Source: Ruminococcus sp.
GTDB taxonomy: Bacteria; Bacillota; Clostridia; Oscillospirales; Acutalibacteraceae
Assembly: GCA_017456845.1 (NCBI GenBank)
Contig: JAFTIP010000032.1
Location: 827-64,826 of the forward strand
Direction: 5' to 3'
DNA length: 64,000 nt
Position numbers and translations under genes: made by a program. The notes below the pieces were generated by a model, which searched no databases, was not told the DNA's origin, and saw nothing but the letters and a program-made list of their open reading frames with translations. Numbering within the stretch: the first letter of the stretch is position 1; each line of letters begins with the position of its first letter. Positions 55,147 through 62,645 of the stretch are shown one piece after another.

Positions 55147-56232
55147 ATGGCAAGAGTTTATAATTTTTCTGCAGGTCCTTCCGTACTGCCTGAGGCAGTT
55201 TTAAAGAAGGCTGCTGACGAGATGATGGATTACCAGGGCAGCGGTCAGTCCGTAATGGAAATGTCCCACCGTTCCAAGGTATATGATGCAATCATCAAAG
55301 AGGCAGAGGCACTTTTAAGAGAAGTAATGAACATCCCCGATAACTACAAGGTACTTTTCCTTCAGGGCGGTGCTTCTTCTCAGTTTGCAATGATTCCTTT
55401 AAATCTTATGAACAAGTCCGGCAAGGCTGACTACGTAATTACAGGTCAGTGGGCTAAGAAGGCTTACAAAGAGGGTTCCAGATACGGCAACGCTAACGTT
55501 GTAGCTTCTTCCGAAGATAAGACTTTCTCTTACATTCCCAAGCTTGATAAGTCTACATTCACACCCGATGCAGACTACTTCCACATTTGTATGAACAACA
55601 CCATCTACGGTACTGTTTATCACGAGCTTCCCGATACAGGCAACGTTCCTCTTGTTGCTGATATTTCTTCCTGTATTCTTTCCGAGCCTATCGACGTTTC
55701 TAAGTTCGGTATGCTTTACGCAGGTGCTCAGAAGAACATGGCTCCTGCAGGTCTTACTGTTGTTATTATCCGCGAGGACCTTATCGGCAACGCTCAGGAG
55801 ATTACTCCCACAATGTTCAACTACAGCACTCACGCTGATAATGACTCTATGTTCAACACTCCTCCTTGCTACACAATCTACATTGCAAAGCTTGTTCTTG
55901 AGTGGATTAAGAACGAAATCGGCGGCCTTGAGAAGATGAAGGAACTCAACGAGAAAAAGGCAGCTATCCTTTATGATTTCCTCGATAACTCCAAGCTCTT
56001 CAAGGGCACAGTTGTTAAGGAGGACCGTTCTCTTATGAATGTTCCCTTCGTTACAGGCGACGCAGAGCTTGATGCAGAGTTCGTTAAGGTTTGTACTGAA
56101 AACGGTATCGTTAACATCAAGGGCCATCGCTCTGTTGGCGGTATGCGTGCTTCTATCTACAACGCTATGCCTATCGAGGGTGTTGAGAAGTTAGTTGCAG
56201 TTATGAAGGAGTTTGAAGAGAGCCATGTATAA
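55147..56232 (+). CDS. serC: Phosphoserine aminotransferase
   Basis: The start is MARVYNFSAGPSVLPEAVL at 55147 with a GGGAG RBS. SHRSK and the PLP region GAQKNMAPAGLTVVII are present. Confidence 0.93.
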   Translation: MARVYNFSAGPSVLPEAVLKKAADEMMDYQGSGQSVMEMSHRSKVYDAIIKEAEALLREVMNIPDNYKVLFLQGGASSQFAMIPLNLMNKSGKADYVITGQWAKKAYKEGSRYGNANVVASSEDKTFSYIPKLDKSTFTPDADYFHICMNNTIYGTVYHELPDTGNVPLVADISSCILSEPIDVSKFGMLYAGAQKNMAPAGLTVVIIREDLIGNAQEITPTMFNYSTHADNDSMFNTPPCYTIYIAKLVLEWIKNEIGGLEKMKELNEKKAAILYDFLDNSKLFKGTVVKEDRSLMNVPFVTGDAELDAEFVKVCTENGIVNIKGHRSVGGMRASIYNAMPIEGVEKLVAVMKEFEESHV

Positions 56233-57385
56233 TATTCTTACACTTAACAAAATCGCTGCAATCGGCACAGACAGACTTGGTGCAAACTACACTATTTCTG
56301 ATGCTTGCGATACACCTGATGCAGTTTTAGTTCGTAGTGCTTCTATGCACGATATGGCAATGCCTGAGAGCTTACTTGCAATTGCAAGAGCAGGTGCAGG
56401 TACAAACAACATTCCCGTTGAAAAGTGTGCTGAGGAAGGTATTGTAGTTTTCAATACTCCCGGTGCAAATGCAAACGCTGTTAAAGAGCTTGTTATTGCA
56501 GGTCTCTTCCTTGCTTCCCGTAACGTTATCGGCGGTATCGAGTGGGCAAAGACCCTCAAGGGCAACGGTGCAGAAGTTGGCAAAATGGTAGAGAAGGGCA
56601 AGAGCCAGTTTGTAGGCCCCGAAATTATGGGCAAGAAGCTTGGCGTTATCGGCCTTGGTGCTATCGGTATTTTAGTTGCTAATGCTGCTAAGTCCTTAGG
56701 TATGGAAGTATATGGTTACGACCCCTATATTTCTGTTGATGCTGCTTGGAAGCTTAAGAACAGCATCTACCACGCAAATTCTGTTGAGGAGATTTACAAG
56801 GAGTGCGACTACATCACAATCCATGTTCCCCTCAATGCTTCTACTAAAGAAACAATTAACGCTGAGACAATCGCTATGATGAAAGACGGCGTTAGAATTC
56901 TTAACTACTCCAGAGATGGTCTTGTTAATTCTGCTGATATGCTCGCAGCACTTAAGAGTGGTAAGGTTGCTAAGTACGTTACAGACTTTGCTACAGACGA
57001 CCTCCTTTGTGAGGATGGTGTTGTTGCTATGCCTCACCTCGGTGCTTCTACTCCCGAAAGCGAAGACAACTGTGCAGTTATGGCAGCTGATCAGGTTAAG
57101 GATTACCTTGAGAACGGTAACATTAAGAATTCCGTAAACTTCCCTGCAGTTTCCATGGCAAGAAGCGGCGACACAAGAATCTGCGTTCTTCACCGTAACA
57201 AGCCCAATGTTATTGCTACTGTTACAGGCGCTATTGCCGCTACAGGTGCAAACGTTGAGAATATGGAGAGTAAGAGCCGCGGCGACTACGGCTATATGAT
57301 TATCGACGTTACAGGTCCCGCAGCAGATGCCGCAAAGGCAACCGAAAACTTAGAGGACGTTATCCGCGTTCGTGTTATCGGCTAA
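56225..57385 (+). CDS. serA: D-3-phosphoglycerate dehydrogenase with C-terminal ACT domain
   Basis: MYNILTLNKIA..., the NAD fold GVIGLGAIG, the catalytic region HLGAST and a C-terminal ACT-like region. The start overlaps the serC stop. Confidence 0.9.
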   Translation: MYNILTLNKIAAIGTDRLGANYTISDACDTPDAVLVRSASMHDMAMPESLLAIARAGAGTNNIPVEKCAEEGIVVFNTPGANANAVKELVIAGLFLASRNVIGGIEWAKTLKGNGAEVGKMVEKGKSQFVGPEIMGKKLGVIGLGAIGILVANAAKSLGMEVYGYDPYISVDAAWKLKNSIYHANSVEEIYKECDYITIHVPLNASTKETINAETIAMMKDGVRILNYSRDGLVNSADMLAALKSGKVAKYVTDFATDDLLCEDGVVAMPHLGASTPESEDNCAVMAADQVKDYLENGNIKNSVNFPAVSMARSGDTRICVLHRNKPNVIATVTGAIAATGANVENMESKSRGDYGYMIIDVTGPAADAAKATENLEDVIRVRVIG

Positions 57386-57386
57386 A

Positions 57387-57456
57387 CCGCTAACCGCGGT
57401 GGGTGATTCCGCCTTTGTAAAACTCTGATATAAACTAAACCCCGCTTAACGGCGGG
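57387..57456 (-). repeat. Structured intergenic repeat, variant form (copy D1)
   Basis: The reverse complement reads CCGCCGTTAAGCGGGGTTTAGTTTATATCAGAGTTTTACAAAGGCGGAATCACCCACCGCGGTTAGCGG. It begins 2 nt after the serA stop. Confidence 0.8.
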
Positions 57457-57461
57457 GTTTT

Positions 57462-57530
57462 CCGTTAGCCACGGTGGGCAATTCCGCCTTTTTAAAACTC
57501 TTAATATAAACTTAATCATGCTTAACGGCG
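57462..57530 (-). repeat. Structured intergenic repeat, variant form (copy D2, tandem to D1)
   Basis: The reverse complement reads CGCCGTTAAGCATGATTAAGTTTATATTAAGAGTTTTAAAAAGGCGGAATTGCCCACCGTGGCTAACGGA. Confidence 0.8.
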
Positions 57531-57554
57531 AAAATTGTTGTTTGACTTTGATCT

Positions 57555-57628
57555 GACGTTGGTGTAATACTACCTTTATACAAAATCTTACGAATAGGCT
57601 TGTTGCCTACGGGTGGCTGACCTGCAAA
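57555..57628 (+). repeat. Degenerate copy of the repeat (copy E)
   Basis: GACGTTGGTGTAATAC...CTTACGAATAGGCTTGTTGCCTACGGGTGGCTGACCTGC retains the ATAGGC-hairpin-GCC..GTGGCTxAC core. Confidence 0.55.
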
Positions 57629-57670
57629 TAAAAAACCGCTGAGGATTTTAAAGTCCTCAGCGGTGATTTT
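57629..57670. terminator. Bidirectional terminator shared by the convergent serA and LRR-dockerin genes
   Basis: AAAAAA-ACCGCTGAGGA-ttttaaag-TCCTCAGCGGT-GATTTT. Confidence 0.75.
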
Positions 57671-57692
57671 GTTTGTGTTAAGTTATAATTAG

Positions 57693-57782
57693 ACCCTCCG
57701 TTGATGAAAGGTTGCCTGAATATGCAACTTTTCCAAAGGCGAACAGCCCTGCCGTGGCTAACGCCCCACCGCGGCTTGTGGT
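57693..57782 (+). repeat. Structured intergenic repeat, long form (copy C)
   Basis: CTCCGTTGATGAAAGGTTGC-ctgaatat-GCAACTTTTCCAAAGGCgaacaGCCCTGCCGTGGCTAACGCC-CCACCGCGG. It abuts the stop codon of the LRR-dockerin gene. Confidence 0.85.
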
Positions 57783-60700
57783 TTAGATGAGGCCTGCAAT
57801 CTTTTTCTGGATTGTAGTTGCATCTTTTACGTTAACCTTGGTGTCGTTGTTGTAATCAGCCAGCTTTACTGCCTCGTCATCAAGAGAGCTGAGCTTTGCA
57901 ATGTATTTCTGAATAAGTGTTGCATCGCGGATATTAAGCTTTCCGTCCTTGTTAACATCGCCTAAATCAAATTCCATAGCGGGTGCTGTGGATGAGCTTT
58001 CAGGTTTTGTAGGAGCAGTTGTGGTGGCGGGTGCGGTTGATGTAGTAGCAGGTACGCTTGTGGTAGAGGGGTCGGTTTCTGTAGTTGTTATTTCGGTGGT
58101 TGCAGTTGTTTTTGGCTCTGTATTTTCTGTAGGTTCTATAACCGCTGAACTTGCAGGTTCGGTAGCTTCTGTGGGGTCAGTACCCGTAGAACTTACAGGT
58201 TCGGTAGTTTCTGTCGGGTCTGTAACTACAGGTTCAGAGTCTGTTGTGGCCTCTGTAGGTTCGGTAATATAGCTTCCACTTGATTGTGTAGGCTCCGTTT
58301 TTACGTCAGTGTTCTGCTGGTCGTTGGTAGCTCCGTCTATAAGTGTATAGGGAAGAGTGTGAAGAACTGCATAATCGTGACCATAGGAGTTGGTGTAAAC
58401 ATTCAACTTGAAATCAGAGGGGTAATTGTAAACCAAAGAGTCGCCTATATAGGTAACGCTCTTGGGAATTGTAAGGTCAGAAAGTCGGCTGCAAAGATTA
58501 AAAGCTTTTCGCTCGATTCTCTCTACCCCCTCAGGAATGGTTACTGAGGCAAGCTTTTCACATCTGTAAAAAGCACTTGCTCCTATTGTTTTGACTGTGT
58601 CGGGAATAACAACCTCAGTTAAGTTGCGTTTAAAATAAAAGGCAGAAGCGTTAATTTTTTCGGTGCCTTCTTTAATAACGTATTTTCCGCTGATGCTGTC
58701 TTTGGCTTCGTAAAGTGTGGTACCGATGTACATCACATCGCCGTCCCAGTTGTTTTCGTCGTCATAGTATGCTGTATCATCAAAAATACTTGTTCCAAGA
58801 TTTTCAATGTTGTCGGGCAGATCGATTTCTGCAAGTTTTTTACAATTTCTGAAAGCACAAGAACCGATTGTGCGAACACTGTCGGGAATCGTGATTTTTT
58901 CAATAGATTCGCAATTGTCAAAGGCATAACCGCTGATTTCTTCAACTCCCTCAGGTATAATAACGTTTTCGAGAGCATAGCAGTTGCAGAAAACAGAGCT
59001 GGGAATAACCTTTAGCTTTTCGGGAATGTTTATGGATTTGAGCTCAAAACAGTAAGTAAAAGCACCTGAACCTATATATGTAATGTTGTTTCCAAGCTTT
59101 GCTTCTTCAAGCTTGTAACACCAGCCGAAAGCTTCTTCGTCAACGGTGGCAACGCTTTCGGGTAGTGTAATGGATTTTAGGTTTTTACAACTGCAGAACG
59201 CACGGTAACCGATGGTTTTTACGCCGTTGGGTATAGTTATGTTTTCTAAAGCTTCGCATCCGTAAAATGCTTCGGCATTAATAGTTGTGAGTGTTTCGGG
59301 TAAATTAACATTAGCGAGATTTCGGCAATAATAAAAAGCTCTTTCGCCGATACTTTCAATACCTTCTGAAAGGGTTACATTTTTAAGTGAATGGCAACCA
59401 TAGAATGCTTTTTGAGGGATGTGCTTGATACCGCCGGAAACTGTAAGGGATTGAAGATTTCCGATAATATCATAAAAAGCAAAAGCTGAGGTGCCTAGTT
59501 CTGTAACGGACTCGGGCATAGTATAGCTTGTTTCAGGCTTGTTTTGAGGATAGCAGATAAGCTTAGTTTTATCTTTGCTAAATAAAACTCCGTTTTCGCC
59601 GGTATAATTAGGATTTTCCGGAGAAACAGTTAATTTTTCAAAATGGTTGCAAAAGTAAAAGCTGTCATCGCTGATGTGGGTAACTGATGAGGGGATAGTT
59701 ATTTCAGTAAGTGCCGAGCACTCCTTAAAAGCAAGAGTACCGATGGTTTCAAGACCTTCGGAAAGGTTAACTGTTTTGAGATTCTTGCACAATTCAAATG
59801 TGGATTCTTCTATTTCCTTAACTTTTGAGGGTATTGTGATTTCTTCAAGATTTTCACAATACCAGAAAGCCCTTTTACCCAGTTTTTCAAGAGTGTCGGG
59901 AAGAGTAACTGTTTTTAAAGCTTCGCATCTTGAAAAGGCATCGTAGTCGATTTCCGTAACACCTTCAGGGATTGTTATAGCTTCAAGACTGTCGCAAACA
60001 TAAAATGCGTTATCGCCTATGAATTTAAGGCTTTTTGGAAGGTTTATGTTTTCAAGAGACGAACACCAACCAAAAGCACCTGCACCGATAATTTCAACTG
60101 AATCAGGCAGAGTGATATCTTTGAGATTTCGGAAGTTGTCAAATGCTTTTTCGCCAATGCCCTTGGTGCCGTCTTTAACGGTAAAGCTTGTAATATTATT
60201 GGTTTTTACGCATACAAGTGTGCTTCCAATGTAAAGAACAGAATCTTCCCAGTTGCTTGAGTCATTATAGTAAGCGGTATCGCTAAATGCGTCGTAGCCG
60301 ATATTATTAAGGCTATCTGTAACAGAAAGTTCAGCAAGGTTTGTGCATCCGCTGAAAGCACCTTCTTCAACAGTTGTTACGCTTTCGGGTAGAGTTATGC
60401 TTTTAAGATTTTTTGACTCTGAAAAAGAATAGTTACCAATGATTTTTACTGTATCGCTAACAGTAAAGCTTTCTGCTTCGCGAGCCGAAGGATAATACAA
60501 AAGCTCATTTCCGTCTTTACTCATAAGAATTCCTTCGGAGCTTGAAAGATGTTGGTTGTCAGGGTCTACATATATATTGGTTAGTTTACTACAACCGCTG
60601 AATGAAAATCTGGAAACATAGCTGACGTTTTTGGGGATTGTAATTTCAGTAAGACTTTTGCAATTCCTGAATGCACCCTCGCGGATTTCTACCAAGCTTT

Positions 60701-60965
60701 CGGGCAGGATAACTTCAGTTATTTTTGAAGAACCGTCGAAAGCACCGAATTCAATGGCAAACACAGAAAAACCGTCTATGGTTTCAGGTATGGTTACATG
60801 AGTCTCGGTGCCTCTGTATTCCAAAATTACGGCTTTGTCGTCATAAGCTTGATAAACGAAGCCGCTTTCTGAAAGGCTCATAGCACTTGCAAAAGGAATT
60901 GATGAAAGCACCATAAGCATGGCTAATAAAATTGATAACAAAGATTTTGTGGTTTTTTGTTTCAT
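57783..60965 (-). CDS. Secreted BspA-type leucine-rich-repeat protein with T/P/E-rich linker and C-terminal dockerin
   Basis: 1060 aa with a signal peptide. Roughly 30 tandem units of about 23-25 aa follow the pattern ItIPxsVxxIGxxAFxxCxxLxx. The linker is TEPTEATTDSEPVVTDPTETTEP..., and the dockerin is GDVNKDGKLNIRDATLIQKYIAKL...DYNNDTKVNVKDATTIQKKIAGL. Confidence 0.88.
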   Translation of the reverse strand: MKQKTTKSLLSILLAMLMVLSSIPFASAMSLSESGFVYQAYDDKAVILEYRGTETHVTIPETIDGFSVFAIEFGAFDGSSKITEVILPESLVEIREGAFRNCKSLTEITIPKNVSYVSRFSFSGCSKLTNIYVDPDNQHLSSSEGILMSKDGNELLYYPSAREAESFTVSDTVKIIGNYSFSESKNLKSITLPESVTTVEEGAFSGCTNLAELSVTDSLNNIGYDAFSDTAYYNDSSNWEDSVLYIGSTLVCVKTNNITSFTVKDGTKGIGEKAFDNFRNLKDITLPDSVEIIGAGAFGWCSSLENINLPKSLKFIGDNAFYVCDSLEAITIPEGVTEIDYDAFSRCEALKTVTLPDTLEKLGKRAFWYCENLEEITIPSKVKEIEESTFELCKNLKTVNLSEGLETIGTLAFKECSALTEITIPSSVTHISDDSFYFCNHFEKLTVSPENPNYTGENGVLFSKDKTKLICYPQNKPETSYTMPESVTELGTSAFAFYDIIGNLQSLTVSGGIKHIPQKAFYGCHSLKNVTLSEGIESIGERAFYYCRNLANVNLPETLTTINAEAFYGCEALENITIPNGVKTIGYRAFCSCKNLKSITLPESVATVDEEAFGWCYKLEEAKLGNNITYIGSGAFTYCFELKSINIPEKLKVIPSSVFCNCYALENVIIPEGVEEISGYAFDNCESIEKITIPDSVRTIGSCAFRNCKKLAEIDLPDNIENLGTSIFDDTAYYDDENNWDGDVMYIGTTLYEAKDSISGKYVIKEGTEKINASAFYFKRNLTEVVIPDTVKTIGASAFYRCEKLASVTIPEGVERIERKAFNLCSRLSDLTIPKSVTYIGDSLVYNYPSDFKLNVYTNSYGHDYAVLHTLPYTLIDGATNDQQNTDVKTEPTQSSGSYITEPTEATTDSEPVVTDPTETTEPVSSTGTDPTEATEPASSAVIEPTENTEPKTTATTEITTTETDPSTTSVPATTSTAPATTTAPTKPESSSTAPAMEFDLGDVNKDGKLNIRDATLIQKYIAKLSSLDDEAVKLADYNNDTKVNVKDATTIQKKIAGLI

Positions 60966-61169
60966 AATAATACCTCCTTGATTCTAAATGTTCTATGTTA
61001 TTAGACAATTATAAGATATCATATGATATGTTCTTTTTCAATTGACATTAATTGAGAAAATATGTTGCTCCAATTAGGCAATATTACCATAGAGTCAAGT
61101 GGGTCTATGAAATGCTGACTGTTCAGAGATGAAATGACCGACATGGTTGAGAGTGGCAATTTAATGCAA

Positions 61170-61202
61170 AGAAAAATCCCGCCGCTATGAAACGACGGGA
61201 TT
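61170..61202 (-). terminator. Terminator of fba (downstream of repeat copy F)
   Basis: The minus strand reads AATCCCGTCG-tttcatag-CGGCGGGATT followed by TTTTC. Confidence 0.6.
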
Positions 61203-61231
61203 AGATGTTTGTATAAAGCTTTAATTTATTA

Positions 61232-61301
61232 CGCCGTTAATGGAAGTTAACATTTAAATGTAACCTATCCAAAGGCGAATCGCTTTGCCGTGGCTAACGG
61301 C
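61232..61301 (+). repeat. Structured intergenic repeat, long form (copy F)
   Basis: GCCGTTAATGGAAGTTAACATTTAAATGTAACCTATCCAAAGGCGAATCGCTTTGCCGTGGCTAACGGC. The 7-bp termini GCCGTTA/TAACGGC are complementary. The repeat ends 1 nt before the fba stop codon. Confidence 0.85.
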
Positions 61302-62168
61302 TTAAGCCTTGTTTACGGAACCGAAAAGCTCCATCTTCTCTTTAACTGTAGCCTTGATAGCCTCAAAGCCGGGAGCAAGAAGCTTTCTGGGGTCGAAGCC
61401 CTTGCCCTGAAGGTCCTTGCCAGCCTCAACATACTCACGAGTTGCAGCTGCAAAAGCGAGCTGGCACTCTGTGTTAACGTTAATCTTGGAAACGCCAAGG
61501 TCAATAGCCTTCTTAATCATATCCTCGGGAATGCCTGTACCGCCGTGAAGAACTAAAGGCATATCACCTGTCTTAGCGGAAATAGCCTCGAGAGTTTCGA
61601 AGGAAAGACCTGCCCAGTTCTCAGGGTATTTGCCGTGGATGTTACCGATACCTGCAGCGAGCATTGTAACGCCTAAATCTGCAATCATCTTGCACTCGTC
61701 GGGGTCAGCACATTCGCCGGCACCAACAACGCCGTCTTCTTCGCCGCCGATGGAACCAACCTCAGCCTCTAAGGAAAGGCCCTTTTCCTCACAAATAGCA
61801 ACTAATTCCTTAGTCTTCTCAATGTTCTCTTCAATAGCATAGTGAGAACCGTCGAACATTACGGAAGAGAAACCTGCAGCAATGCAAGCCTTTGCACCGT
61901 CGTAGGAACCGTGATCTAAGTGAAGAGCAACGGGAACAGTAATGTTAAGCTCATTAAGCATACCGTTAACCATACCAACGATGGTTGTGTAGCCGCACAT
62001 GTACTTACCTGCACCCTCAGAAACACCGAGGATAACGGGGGAGTTGAGCTCCTGAGCAGTTAAAAGGATAGCCTTTGTCCACTCAAGGTTGTTGATGTTG
62101 AACTGGCCTACTGCATAGTGGCCTGCCTTTGCCTTTGTAAGCATTTCTTTTGCATTAACTAATGGCAT
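61302..62168 (-). CDS. fba: Class II fructose-1,6-bisphosphate aldolase
   Basis: The start is MPLVNAKEMLTKAKAGHYAVGQFNINN at 62168 with an AAGGAG RBS. Motifs are LHLDHG, SVMFDGS and VLHGGTG. Confidence 0.93.
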   Translation of the reverse strand: MPLVNAKEMLTKAKAGHYAVGQFNINNLEWTKAILLTAQELNSPVILGVSEGAGKYMCGYTTIVGMVNGMLNELNITVPVALHLDHGSYDGAKACIAAGFSSVMFDGSHYAIEENIEKTKELVAICEEKGLSLEAEVGSIGGEEDGVVGAGECADPDECKMIADLGVTMLAAGIGNIHGKYPENWAGLSFETLEAISAKTGDMPLVLHGGTGIPEDMIKKAIDLGVSKINVNTECQLAFAAATREYVEAGKDLQGKGFDPRKLLAPGFEAIKATVKEKMELFGSVNKA

Positions 62169-62285
62169 AATTGTAAGCTCCTTTACATATAAATGTTTTG
62201 TGTGTTGCACATACACTTATATTATACACTATAAAACCCAAAAGATAAAGAGTTTTTTATAAAAAAAGAAAAGTTTTAAAAAACT

Positions 62286-62314
62286 ATTGACAAATTATCC
62301 CGTTTTTGATATTC
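62286..62314 (+). promoter_or_regulatory. Sigma-A-type promoter of the T-box leader
   Basis: TTGACA - 17 nt - TATTCT, with TG at the extended -10 position. Confidence 0.6.
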
Positions 62315-62321
62315 TTTACTA

Positions 62322-62609
62322 CATTAAAGGCTGTGACGAAGAAGTCAGGTTAAGCTTTTTTTCAGAGAGCAACCGTTTGGTGTGAGGTTGCACTAAGTTT
62401 TTCCATTTGATTATCCCTTCCGAGCCGGAGTCCGAAAAGGTTTTGCTTCCTTAGTAGACGCTCCCGTGAATGCCGCGTTAAGGCAGAGGGTTTGTTGGAA
62501 CCTGTAAGCGGTGTAGGGCAATAGTCCTCGCAATTTGAGTGGTACCGCGGCTAAGAAAGTTTTTTCAGTCGTCTCAAAGTTTTTGCTTTGAGACGGCTTT
62601 TTATTTTTT
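62322..62609 (+). promoter_or_regulatory. T-box riboswitch leader (Stem I, II, IIA/B, III, T-box sequence, terminator/antiterminator)
   Basis: - K-turn: GGC-UGUGAC-GAAG (62328-62340) pairs with CUUC-CGA-GCC (62416-62425).
- AG bulge: CAGAGA at 62362-62367.
- Distal stem: GCAACC/GGUUGC with loop GUUUGGUGUGA.
- AGUA and CCGCGUUAAGG elements are present.
- T-box sequence: AAUUUGAGUGGUACCGCGG at 62531-62549.
- Terminator: CGUCUCAAAG-uuuuug-CUUUGAGACG plus a U-run at 62569-62609.
- Antiterminator: the alternative pairing UUUGAG/CUCAAA gives the antiterminator helix. Confidence 0.85.
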
Positions 62610-62645
62610 TATTAACTAATTTATCGGTAAAGGAGAGGATCCAGA

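Noticed and set aside
55399-57193. Long antisense ORFs 55399..56127(-) of 242 aa and 56696..57193(-) of 165 aa as overlapping genes
   Set aside because: They lie entirely antisense to serC and serA, whose products carry unmistakable motifs. The antisense translations are Cys/Val/Asn-rich with no RBS and no recognisable motif. They are an expected by-product of codon bias.
58300-60900. Regular ~70-bp periodicity in the 58.3-60.9 kb region as a possible CRISPR array or satellite
   Set aside because: The periodicity is the coding repeat of the LRR protein, which is one continuous 1060-codon ORF. The units are diverged at the DNA level and have no spacer/repeat alternation.
61290-61556. ORF 61290..61556(+) (MANGLSLVYG...)
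   Set aside because: It starts inside repeat copy F (GTGGCTAACGG) and runs antisense to the fba 3' end. It is not supported.
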